A stretch of 64,000 nt of DNA. Source: Rhodothermales bacterium. Its GTDB lineage: Bacteria > Bacteroidota > Rhodothermia > Rhodothermales > UBA10348. The notes under the pieces were generated by a model. That model saw only the letters and a list, made by a program, of their open reading frames with translations, was not told where the DNA came from and made no database searches. Location: assembly GCA_024711125.1 (NCBI GenBank), contig JANJTM010000034.1:8547-72546 (forward strand), read 5' to 3'. Made by a program: the position numbers and the translations under genes. Position 1 is the first letter of the stretch. The number at the start of each line of letters is the position of its first letter. Shown here one piece after another: positions 30,393 to 39,455 of the stretch.

Positions 30393-31664
30393 ATGAAAGG
30401 TCGCTACCTGTCGCTGGCCGTGCTCTTCTGGCTGGCCGTTCTGCCCCTCCGCGCGCAGGAACTCCCGTCCGGATTTCCGGAGGACGTGGGCATCTCCTCG
30501 GAACGACTGGAGCGCCTCACCCGCGTCTTCCAGGGATACGTGGACGAGGGGCGCCTGCCGGGCGCCGTGGTGTACGTGGCCCGGGGCGAACAGGTCGCCT
30601 ACCTCGGCACCTTCGGCCACCTCGACCGGGAGCGGGGCGTGCCGATGCCGGCGGACGCGCTCTTCCGCATAGCGTCCCAGTCCAAGGCCGTCATTTCGAT
30701 CGGAATCCTGATCCTGCAGGAGCAGGGCAAGCTGCTGATCGGCGACCCGGTCTCGAACTACCTGCCCGAGTGGGCGCAGACGACCGTGGCGGTCCCGAAG
30801 GAAGGGGGTGGTTACGACGTCGTGCCGGCCCGGCGCGGCATCAGGATCCGCGACCTCCTGACGCATACGGCGGGCGTGGGCTACGGATACGGGCCGGCCG
30901 CCGAACGATGGAAGGAAGCCGGCATCCAGGGGTGGTATTTCGCGCATCGCGAGGAGCCCATCCGCGAGACGGTCCGGCGGATGGCCGCGCTTCCGATGGA
31001 GCGGCAGCCGGGCGAAGCCTACGTCTACGGGTACAGCACCGACATCCTGGGCGCGGTCATCGAGGCCGCCGACGGCAGGCCGCTCGACGTCTTCCTGCGG
31101 GAGGAGCTGTTCGAACCGCTGGGCATGCACGACACCGCCTTCTACGTCGATCCGTCGAAGGCCGGCCGGCTCGCCACCGTCTATTCCTCGCGCGGAAACG
31201 GGCTCGAGCGGGCGCCCGACGGGGCAGGGATGGAGACCCAGGGCCAGTACGTCGAAGGCCCCCGCGCATCGTTCTCGGGCGGAGCGGGCCTCGTGTCGAC
31301 CGCGCGCGACTACGGGCGCTTCCTGCAGATGATCGTGAACGGAGGCGAACTGTTCGGTACGCGCATCCTGTCCCCGACGACCGTCGACCTCCTGTCCCGA
31401 AACCACGTGCAGCACATCGCCGACTACGGCGTGGCGGGTGGCACCGGGTTCGGGCTCGCGTTCGGAACGCTGGAGAACGAGGGGCGATTCGGCCAACCGG
31501 GGTACGCCGGCTCGCTCACGTGGGGGGGCGCCTACCACACCAATTACTGGATCGACCCGGTGCAGGACCTGGTCGTGGTCTACATGACGCAGGTCATCCC
31601 TGCACAGGGGCTCGACGACCACGGGAAGCTGCGCACGCTCGTTTACCAGGCCATCGTGGAGTGA
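30393..31664 (+). CDS. Serine hydrolase, beta-lactamase/esterase family
   Basis: FRIASQSK (SxxK), DLLTHTAG, YGYS, WGGAYHT..WIDP. Confidence 0.92.
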   Translation: MKGRYLSLAVLFWLAVLPLRAQELPSGFPEDVGISSERLERLTRVFQGYVDEGRLPGAVVYVARGEQVAYLGTFGHLDRERGVPMPADALFRIASQSKAVISIGILILQEQGKLLIGDPVSNYLPEWAQTTVAVPKEGGGYDVVPARRGIRIRDLLTHTAGVGYGYGPAAERWKEAGIQGWYFAHREEPIRETVRRMAALPMERQPGEAYVYGYSTDILGAVIEAADGRPLDVFLREELFEPLGMHDTAFYVDPSKAGRLATVYSSRGNGLERAPDGAGMETQGQYVEGPRASFSGGAGLVSTARDYGRFLQMIVNGGELFGTRILSPTTVDLLSRNHVQHIADYGVAGGTGFGLAFGTLENEGRFGQPGYAGSLTWGGAYHTNYWIDPVQDLVVVYMTQVIPAQGLDDHGKLRTLVYQAIVE

Positions 31665-31668
31665 CGTG

Positions 31669-32481
31669 ATGGGTCCGTTTTCGCTCGAAGGACGCACCGC
31701 GCTGCTGACCGGCGGCTACGGGGTGCTCGGCACGGCGATGGCCGAGGCGCTGGCCCGCGCGGGCGCCCGCGTGGCGCTGCTGGGCCGTAGGGACGCCGAA
31801 GGCCGCGCCGCCGCCGAGGCGATGCGCGCCAAGGGGTTCGAGGCCGTGAACCTCGTCGCCGACGTACTCGACCGTGCCTCGCTCGAGGCCGCGCGCGACC
31901 GGCTGGAGGCCGACTGGGGCGCCCCGGACATCCTGGTGAATGCCGCGGGCGGAAATCGTCCCGGGGCCGTCGTTCCGCCGACCGGGTCGTTCTTTGACGT
32001 CGACGAGGCCGAAATGCGCCGGGTGGTCGAACTCAATTTCGACGGCACCCTCATTCCGACCCTGGTTTTCGGGGCCTCCATGGCCGCTCGCGGCGCCGGA
32101 TGCGTCGTGAACATTTCGTCGGTCTCGGCCGTGCGCCCGCTCACACGCGTAGTCGGCTATTCGGCCGCCAAGACCGCGATCGACAGCTTCACGAAGTGGC
32201 TGGCCGTCGAGCTGGCCGTGAAGCACGGCGAGGGCATCCGCGTGAATGCGATACGGCCGGGCTTCTTCCTCGCCGAGCAGAACCGCACGCTCCTCACCAA
32301 TCCCGACGGCTCGCTCACCGAGCGCGGACGCCTCATCGTCGAGCACACCCCGATGCGCCGCTTCGGCCGGGCGGAAGAACTCGGCGGCGCGCTCGTCTGG
32401 CTCTGCAGCGACGCGGCCTCCTTCGTCACCGGAACCGTCGTCGAGGTGGACGGCGGGTTCGGAGCGTTCGCGGGGGTGTGA
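31669..32481 (+). CDS. SDR oxidoreductase, D-mannonate oxidoreductase (UxuB-like)
   Basis: TGGYGVLG, NAAGGNRPGA, RPLTRVVGYSAAK, NAIRPGFFLAEQNR, VDGGFGAFAGV; adjacent to uxuA. Confidence 0.88.
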   Translation: MGPFSLEGRTALLTGGYGVLGTAMAEALARAGARVALLGRRDAEGRAAAEAMRAKGFEAVNLVADVLDRASLEAARDRLEADWGAPDILVNAAGGNRPGAVVPPTGSFFDVDEAEMRRVVELNFDGTLIPTLVFGASMAARGAGCVVNISSVSAVRPLTRVVGYSAAKTAIDSFTKWLAVELAVKHGEGIRVNAIRPGFFLAEQNRTLLTNPDGSLTERGRLIVEHTPMRRFGRAEELGGALVWLCSDAASFVTGTVVEVDGGFGAFAGV

Positions 32482-32483
32482 CC

Positions 32484-33530
32484 ATGGACCTCATTCTCCG
32501 CTGGTACGGCCCCGACGACCCCGTCGTCCCGGCCCACATCCGCCAGATCCCGTACGTGCGCGGCGTCGCGACGGCGCTCCACGGGGTCGCCCCCGGCCTC
32601 GTGTGGACCCGCGAGGCCATCGTGAAGCGGAAGGAGCGGCTGGCCGCCGACGGTCTGGCCTGGACCGTCACCGAGTCGATCCCGGTACACGAAGACATCA
32701 AGATCGGCGCGCCGGGCCGCGACCGCGCGATCGAGGCGTGGGCCAGGACGGCCGAGAACCTGGGCGCCGCCGGCGTGCGCACGGTCTGCTACAACTTCAT
32801 GCCGGTCTTCGACTGGATGCGCACGAACCTCGCCGTCACGGCGTCCGACGGCTCCACGTCGTCGGAATACCGCCACGAGGACCTGCTTCGCATCGATCTC
32901 TCGAAGGGCATGGAGGCCCTTCCGGCCTGGGCCGAGGCCTATTCCGCAGCCCGTATGGCCGAACTCGTCGCCGCCTACGCCGACGTGGACGCGGAGCGGC
33001 TATGGGACAACCTCGCGTATTTCCTCGAGCGCGTCGTGCCCGTCGCCGCGGCGGCCGGCGTGAACCTGGCGATCCACCCGGATGACCCGCCGTGGCCGAT
33101 CTTCGGCTTTCCGCGCATCGTGACGGGGGAGGAGTCGTTCGCGCGCGTCCTGTCGCTCGTCGACCATCCCGCGAACGGCCTGACTTTCTGCACGGGCTCG
33201 CTCGGCGCGACGCCCGACAACGACCTCGTCGCGATGGCGCGCCGCTTCGCGCCGACCGGGCGCATCCATTTCGGCCACTTCCGCAACGTGAAGTGGACGG
33301 GCGACCGCTCGTTCGTCGAGGTCGCCCACCCGCGGGCGTTCGGGAGCGTCGATCTCGTCGCGGTGATCCGGGCCCTCGTCGAAGGCGGCTTCGACGGCCC
33401 GGTCCGGCCCGACCACGGCCGCATGATCTGGGGCGAGACCGGCATCCCCGGCTACGGCTTGCACGACCGGGCGCTGGGCGCGATGTACATCGCCGGGGCG
33501 TGGGAGGCGGCGGGGGGACGGGTCGGCTGA
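32484..33530 (+). CDS. uxuA: Mannonate dehydratase
   Basis: RWYGPDDP, ESIPVHEDIK, CYNFMPVFDWMRT, AIHPDDPPW, NGLTFCTGSLG, RPDHGR, PGYGLHDRALG. Confidence 0.95.
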   Translation: MDLILRWYGPDDPVVPAHIRQIPYVRGVATALHGVAPGLVWTREAIVKRKERLAADGLAWTVTESIPVHEDIKIGAPGRDRAIEAWARTAENLGAAGVRTVCYNFMPVFDWMRTNLAVTASDGSTSSEYRHEDLLRIDLSKGMEALPAWAEAYSAARMAELVAAYADVDAERLWDNLAYFLERVVPVAAAAGVNLAIHPDDPPWPIFGFPRIVTGEESFARVLSLVDHPANGLTFCTGSLGATPDNDLVAMARRFAPTGRIHFGHFRNVKWTGDRSFVEVAHPRAFGSVDLVAVIRALVEGGFDGPVRPDHGRMIWGETGIPGYGLHDRALGAMYIAGAWEAAGGRVG

Positions 33531-33642
33531 TCCGGGGGGAAGCGCGGACGCCGATGGGCTGCGCAGAGGCGGCGAAATTGGCGCCCAGGGGCGTCCGGCT
33601 GGCCTGCGAACGGGCGCACGACGGCGCGGAAGGCTGCGAAAC

Positions 33643-33790
33643 GGCGCGAAATTGGACTTTTGGCCCGGTTTCCCACGTATTGACCCCCAAAATGGGCCGA
33701 ATATGTCGGATATCGGCCCTTTTTCGATGTATTTGCCCGAAAATGAGGGCGAATACATCGACAAGTGCCCCCTTTTTCCAATTTCGCGCC
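33643..33790 (+). mobile_element. Putative non-autonomous MITE/REP-like element, copy B (148 bp, 14-bp perfect TIRs)
   Basis: GGCGCGAAATTGGA (33643-33656) and TCCAATTTCGCGCC (33777-33790); two internal palindromic units 52 bp apart; homologous to 8186-8367. Confidence 0.6.
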
Positions 33791-33913
33791 CGTCCACCGG
33801 CTCCCGGGCCTGCCTCGCCGGTGGCCGGGTGCGTCTGGAAGAGGTCCGGCGGACGAGGGTGCTGTCGGGCAAGCGGGCCGGGCGTACTTTCGATCGACCG
33901 TTCCGCAAACCCC

Positions 33914-34420
33914 ATGAGATTCCTGCGTCTACTCGCGATGGGTTGCCTGCTCGCGACCTCGGGCCCGTCGAGCGCCCAGGATTGGGCCGGGCTGCGCCGT
34001 TTCGAGGAGGAAAACCGCATGATCGGACCCCCCGCCGCCGACGAAGCCCGCGTTGTGTTCATGGGCGACTCCATCACCGAGGGATGGGGCGAGCTGATGC
34101 CGGAGTTCTTCGCCGGCAGGTCGTACGTCAACCGCGGAATCAGCGGCCAGACCACCCCGCAGATGCTAGTGCGATTCCGCGCGGACGTGATAGCGCTGCA
34201 GCCGAAGGTCGTCGTGATCCTGGCCGGCACGAACGACCTGCTGCGCGCGTATGCCGATGCGCAGGGGCTGGTCTACCTGGACTACTTCGGCGCCATGGTG
34301 GACGATCGGAACGGGCTTCCTGCAGCGCTGTCCCCCGACGGAGTGCATCCGAACAGGGCGGGATACGAGGTCATGGCGCCCTTGGCGGAAGAAGCGATCC
34401 GAGCGGTGATGGGTCGGTAG
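33914..34420 (+). pseudogene. SGNH/GDSL hydrolase with apparent in-frame internal deletion
   Basis: GDSIT, NRGISGQTT, GTND, DGVHP blocks present, but GTND is followed directly by LLRAYADAQGLVYLDYF; only 168 aa. Confidence 0.6.
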
Positions 34421-34581
34421 CCGGTCCGGTCGCCGCTGCATGTGAAGCGCTTGCGAAGGTGCGGCAAATGGCGGACCTTGCCGTGCCCCCGTGGTGTCCG
34501 GCAGCCGACCTCCCGGGTGCCGTCGCCCTCCGCCGATCACGCGCCCCATCGGGCGCGCCCAGAATTCCGCCCGGAACGATC

Positions 34582-37500
34582 ATGCCCTCGGTCTTTGGCC
34601 GTCTTGCGGCCCTTGCGGCCCTTGCGGCCCTTACGCTGGTTTTCGCAGGCCCGGCCTCCGCGCAGCCGGATCTTCGTGCCCAACTGCCCCGACTCGGTTC
34701 CGGCGAAGCCCCGGCACTGCGTTTCGAACGGCTCGGGCTGACCGACGGCCTCGCCCAGGGGTCGGTCTACCGCATGATCCAGGACCGCAACGGGTTCCTG
34801 TGGTTCGGCACGCAGGGTGGCCTGCACAAGTTCGACGGGCAGTCCTTCACCGTGTACACGCCCACCGCGTTCGATACGACCTCGATCGGCGAGGATTGGA
34901 CCTGGAACGTGACCGAGGGAGCCGACGGTACCATCTGGGCGGCCGGCCAGGCGGGATCGGTGAGTCGGCTCGATCCGGTGACCGGGAAATTCCAGGTATT
35001 CCGCCCCGACCCGGAGGATTCCACGAAGCTCCAGGGAGGGTCGGCTTTCGACGTGCTGGAGGGTCGGGACGGAACGTTGTGGGTGGCAAAGGGAACGGGG
35101 CTGGCGCGGATGGATACGTCGCGGCCGGGTGTGTTCACGAATCTGCTGCATGAGCACGGGAATGCGTCGACGTTTCCGGGCGGTGTCCTCTTCCTGCACG
35201 AGGCGCCGGACGGAATCATCTGGGCGGGCACGAACAACGGGCTCGTCCGCATCGATCCGGCGACGAACGCGTGGGAGCAGTACGAGGGCATGGGGGACCA
35301 GCACGGCGGCCAGCGTAGTCCGAACACCTTTCTCGAGCTGCGCTCCGATCCCGAGGATTCCGGGATCCTCTGGATCGCCACGGGGCAGGGGCTGGTCCGA
35401 TTCGATACCCGCACGAAGGTGTCGGAACGGTTCCTCGCGTTCCCGGACGACGCGCCGGGTCTCGCCCGAAATGCCCACTACTCGATCGCGTTCGACCCGT
35501 CGGAGCCGGGTATCGTCTGGGTCGCCTCCCAGGCGGCCGGCCTGCTGCGTTTCGACGCCCTGACACGGACCTTCACGCCGTACCAGTACGATCCCGGCGA
35601 TCCCAACTCGTTGCCGTCCAACCAGGTGGAGACCGTGTTCACCGACCGGAGCGGCATGATGTGGGTCGGGACCAACGGGGGCGGTCTCGCGAAATTCAAT
35701 CCGGGTTCCGTTCGCATAGCCCACATTGCGCACGATGCGAGCGACCCGAACGCCGTCGCCATGGGCGGCACGCTGTGGGGCATGGTGTCCGATGCGCGGG
35801 GATGGCTCTGGCAGGCCCAGACGGACGCGCTCGGTCGTCCCGTGGTCGCGGTCCACGATCCGGAAACCGGCCGCACGCGCTACCTGCGGGCAGAGCAGGG
35901 GCCGACGTCCATTCTTCCCGGAGGTGTGAACCAGCTGTACGAGAGCGTGGACGGGAGCACCGTCTGGGTAGGCAGCGTCGGCGTTTCGGCGTGCGACCCC
36001 ATGACGCTGCGGTGCCGGCAGTATCCTCCTTCGCGCGAGGATTCGACGAAGCTCGGGCCCGGGAATGTGCATGCCATGTACCAGTCTCCCCGGGATCCGG
36101 GTACGCTGTGGGTGGGCAGCGTCGGTACCGGGCTCCAGAAGCTGGATATCGCCACGGGACGGGTCACCCGGCTCCCGACGGGCCCGGCCGAGGAGGGCAA
36201 GGGTTCTCCGTGGATCGCCCACATCACCGAGGACGACCAGGGCATTTTCTGGCTGGGCACCTGGGATCGCAGCCTCGAGCGGTTCGATCCGGCGACGGGC
36301 GCATTCAAGGCCTTCACGTACGACCCGAAGGACACGACCACGGTCGCGTTCGAGCAGATCGAAGCCGTGCTGCAGCGACCGGGCGAAACGGGCGTGCTCT
36401 GGCTGGCAACCCAGGCCGGCATCGACCGGTTCGACATCGCGACCGGCAAGGCCCGGCATTTCGGCGTGCGCGAGGGGCTGGGCGATCCCAAGACCTACGG
36501 CATGCTGCTCGACGACGAGGGCAAGCTCTGGGTTTCGACCAACAAGGGCATCTCCTCGTTCGACCCGGAGACCGAGACCTTCCGGAACTACGGGCTCGAC
36601 GACGGCCTGCGCGCGCTCGAATTCCAGCAGAACGGGTTCGCGAAGGGCCGCGACGGCATGCTGTATTTCGCGGATGTGGCGGGCATCACGGCGTTCCATC
36701 CTTCGCTCCTGTCCACCAATCCGGCTGCACCGCAGATTGCGTTCACGGCGCTTCGCGTGGGGGGCCACGTGGTGGAGCCCAGGTCGGGCGGAATCCTCGA
36801 GACGCCCATCGCCCGCGCCGAGGTGATCACGCTTCCGTTCTCGCAGAACGAGTTCTCGATCGATTTCGTGGCGCTGCACTTCTCGGACCCGGCGCGAAAC
36901 CAGTACGCATGGCGTCTCGAGGGCCTGAGCGACGACTGGGTGGACGCCGGAACGCAGCGCACGGCCACCTACGCGAACCTCGCTCCCGGAGAGTACACGC
37001 TGCGCGTGCGGGCGGCCAATCCCGACGGCGTCTGGAACGAGGAGGGAATCTCGCTGCGTGTCGTGGTGCTTCCGCCCTGGTACCGGACGTGGTGGGCCTA
37101 CCTGTTGTTTGCCGCCATGGCGGCAGCCGTGGTGTTCGCAATCGACCGGTTCCAGCGCTACCGCCTCGTGAGGGCCGAACGCGAGCGTGCCGCCATCCAG
37201 GAGGCCCAGCTGCGAGCAGAAACGGCCGAAGCCGAAGCGAAGGCGCTCGCGGCCGAGAACGAGCGCAAGAAGAACATCGAGCGCCTCTCCGAAATCGGGA
37301 AGGAAATCACGGCTTCGCTGGACTTCGAGACCATTTTCGGAAGGCTGTACGAGCACGTGAACGAACTCACGGCCGCGCCCATCTTCGGGGTGGGCATCTG
37401 GCACCCGGACCGGCAGGAGATCGAGTACCGCATGGCGATCGAGGACGGCAAGCGGTACCAGCCCTACGTTCGCGATGCCCGCGACAAGAACCAGTTCCCG

Positions 37501-38592
37501 GTGTGGTGCATCGACCACCGCGAGCCGGTGTTCATCAACGACGTCGAGGTCGAATACTCGCGGTACATCGAGCGGTACGCGCACGAATCCGGCAAGCTGG
37601 AAGACGGAACGGTCGCCCGGCAACCGAGGTCGCTCATCTACCTTCCGCTCACGAGCCAGGACCGGGTCCTGGGCGTCATCACCGTGCAGTGTTTCGACCG
37701 GAACGCGTACACGGCCGATGACCTGAACATCCTGCGCACCATGGCGGCCTACGCGTCGGTGGCGCTGGACAACGCGAACGCCTACCGGAAGCTCGACGGA
37801 ACGGTGGCCGAGTTGCGGCAGACCCAGCAGCAGCTCGTGCAGCAGGAGAAGATGGCATCGCTCGGCCAGTTGACGGCCGGCATCGCGCACGAGATCAAGA
37901 ACCCGCTCAACTTCGTCAACAACTTCGCCGACGTGAACGCCGAGCTGGCGGGCGAATTGCGGGAACTGGTGACGGCGAACGCGTCGCTCGACGCGGTGCG
38001 GGGCGAACTCGACGAGTTGGCTTCGAGCCTGCAGATGAACGCGAAGCAGATCTCCAAGCACGGGAAGCGGGCCGATTCGATCATCAAGGGCATGATGCAA
38101 CACGCCCGCACGGGCGACTCCGAACGATTCCCCGTCGCGGTGAACGACTTCGTCGAGGAGTACCTGATGCTCGGATGGCACGGCTACCGGGCGCAGCACC
38201 CGGAGGTGAGCGTTTCGATCGAGCGCAGGTACGACGAGAAGGTCGGAAACGCGACCGTGGTGCCGCAGGACATGGGGCGCGTGATCCTCAACCTGGTCGC
38301 GAACGCGCTCGATGTGCTCCGGCCGCGCAAGGACGGGGTGCTGACGGTCGAGACGCAGCAGGAGGGAGGATTCGTGACGATCCGGGTGTCAGACAACGGT
38401 CCGGGCGTGCCGTCGCACATCAAGTCGAAGATCTTCGAGCCCTTCTTCACGACGAAGCCGAGCGGGGAGGGCACGGGCCTCGGCCTCTCGCTCTCGCACG
38501 AGATCGTCACGCAGGGGCACGGCGGCACGATGCGTGTCGAGGACAGCCCGGGCGGGGGGGCGACGTTCGTGATTTCCATTCCGGCGGCGTGA
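34582..38592 (+). CDS. Sensor histidine kinase: periplasmic Reg_prop propellers + Y_Y_Y, TM, GAF, HisKA, HATPase
   Basis: [11 protein letters not shown] repeats, [58 protein letters not shown]; (CTTGCGGCC)x3 in signal peptide. Confidence 0.93.
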   Translation: MPSVFGRLAALAALAALTLVFAGPASAQPDLRAQLPRLGSGEAPALRFERLGLTDGLAQGSVYRMIQDRNGFLWFGTQGGLHKFDGQSFTVYTPTAFDTTSIGEDWTWNVTEGADGTIWAAGQAGSVSRLDPVTGKFQVFRPDPEDSTKLQGGSAFDVLEGRDGTLWVAKGTGLARMDTSRPGVFTNLLHEHGNASTFPGGVLFLHEAPDGIIWAGTNNGLVRIDPATNAWEQYEGMGDQHGGQRSPNTFLELRSDPEDSGILWIATGQGLVRFDTRTKVSERFLAFPDDAPGLARNAHYSIAFDPSEPGIVWVASQAAGLLRFDALTRTFTPYQYDPGDPNSLPSNQVETVFTDRSGMMWVGTNGGGLAKFNPGSVRIAHIAHDASDPNAVAMGGTLWGMVSDARGWLWQAQTDALGRPVVAVHDPETGRTRYLRAEQGPTSILPGGVNQLYESVDGSTVWVGSVGVSACDPMTLRCRQYPPSREDSTKLGPGNVHAMYQSPRDPGTLWVGSVGTGLQKLDIATGRVTRLPTGPAEEGKGSPWIAHITEDDQGIFWLGTWDRSLERFDPATGAFKAFTYDPKDTTTVAFEQIEAVLQRPGETGVLWLATQAGIDRFDIATGKARHFGVREGLGDPKTYGMLLDDEGKLWVSTNKGISSFDPETETFRNYGLDDGLRALEFQQNGFAKGRDGMLYFADVAGITAFHPSLLSTNPAAPQIAFTALRVGGHVVEPRSGGILETPIARAEVITLPFSQNEFSIDFVALHFSDPARNQYAWRLEGLSDDWVDAGTQRTATYANLAPGEYTLRVRAANPDGVWNEEGISLRVVVLPPWYRTWWAYLLFAAMAAAVVFAIDRFQRYRLVRAERERAAIQEAQLRAETAEAEAKALAAENERKKNIERLSEIGKEITASLDFETIFGRLYEHVNELTAAPIFGVGIWHPDRQEIEYRMAIEDGKRYQPYVRDARDKNQFPVWCIDHREPVFINDVEVEYSRYIERYAHESGKLEDGTVARQPRSLIYLPLTSQDRVLGVITVQCFDRNAYTADDLNILRTMAAYASVALDNANAYRKLDGTVAELRQTQQQLVQQEKMASLGQLTAGIAHEIKNPLNFVNNFADVNAELAGELRELVTANASLDAVRGELDELASSLQMNAKQISKHGKRADSIIKGMMQHARTGDSERFPVAVNDFVEEYLMLGWHGYRAQHPEVSVSIERRYDEKVGNATVVPQDMGRVILNLVANALDVLRPRKDGVLTVETQQEGGFVTIRVSDNGPGVPSHIKSKIFEPFFTTKPSGEGTGLGLSLSHEIVTQGHGGTMRVEDSPGGGATFVISIPAA

Positions 38593-38726
38593 GGCCTCGG
38601 CCCCGGGACACCAGCGCGGGGCAGCGCGTGGCGCCGGTGCGGTGAGCGTCGTGTCGCGGCGCCGTTACATCGGCGCGGCCAAACTCCTCTACCGGGAAAC
38701 CCAGCCCCGAACCGCAGGTATGCGAA

Positions 38727-38747
38727 ATGGTAGCACAATGGTACCAT
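38727..38747. promoter_or_regulatory. Probable antitoxin operator
   Basis: ATGGTAGCA-CA-ATGGTACCAT just before the antitoxin ATG; resembles RHH/FitA-type half-sites. Confidence 0.45.
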
Positions 38748-38753
38748 GCCGTC

Positions 38754-38993
38754 ATGGCGACGCTAACGATCAAGCAGGTTCCGCCCGCACTCGTCGAGCG
38801 GCTCAAGGAAAGGGCCGAGATCAACGGACGTTCGATGAACAGGGAGGTCATCGCGTGCCTCGAGGCGGTCGTGATGCCGAGGGAGAAGAGCGCCGAAGAG
38901 CGCATAGCCGAGGCCAAAACCCTGTGGGAAAGCCTTCGAGTGAAGGACCTGGGCCCCTATGATCCGGCATGGAAGCGGGAGGGCCGGCCATGA
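38754..38993 (+). CDS. Arc/FitA-like ribbon-helix-helix antitoxin
   Basis: MATLTIKQVP..LVERLKERAEINGRSMNREVIACL. Confidence 0.88.
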   Translation: MATLTIKQVPPALVERLKERAEINGRSMNREVIACLEAVVMPREKSAEERIAEAKTLWESLRVKDLGPYDPAWKREGRP

Positions 38994-39406
38994 TCGTCGT
39001 GGACACGGACGTCTGCGCCTATTTCTGGCTTCGCCACGACACCGAACGGACCCGTCTGGCCGACGAGGTCGGCAGGCGCGACGGGCTGTGGGCGGTACCG
39101 CCGATCTGGGTTTCGGAGTTCCGGAACGTGCTCGCGTCGTCCATCCGGTTCCGCGGAATGCCTCTGGATGAGGCGCAGCGCGTGGCAAGCGCCGCTGAAG
39201 CCGATCTCCTGGGCCGCATCGTTCCGGTCTACACGCCGTACGTGCTCCAGTTGGTCGAGCGGTCCGGCTGCACGGCTTACGATTGCGAATTCGTAGCTGC
39301 CGCCCAGGCGCTCGGAACGCGGCTCGTGACCGGCGATCGGGCCCTCGCGGCCGCGTTTCCCGAAACGGCGGTGACCATGGAGGATTTCGTGGGTGAAGCG
39401 GGATAG
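38990..39406 (+). CDS. vapC: PIN-domain (VapC-family) toxin
   Basis: MIVVDTD, WVSEFRNVL, CTAYDCEFVAAA, LVTGD; ATGA overlap with antitoxin. Confidence 0.9.
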   Translation: MIVVDTDVCAYFWLRHDTERTRLADEVGRRDGLWAVPPIWVSEFRNVLASSIRFRGMPLDEAQRVASAAEADLLGRIVPVYTPYVLQLVERSGCTAYDCEFVAAAQALGTRLVTGDRALAAAFPETAVTMEDFVGEAG

Positions 39407-39455
39407 GTCGCAGTACCTTGCCTGCGCTGCCCCCGAGAATTCCGGTTCCGTCCGT

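Noticed and set aside
23769-39406. Genomic island bounded by the two toxin-antitoxin pairs
   Set aside because: No integrase, tRNA, att repeats or evident compositional shift; ordinary stand-alone type II TA modules
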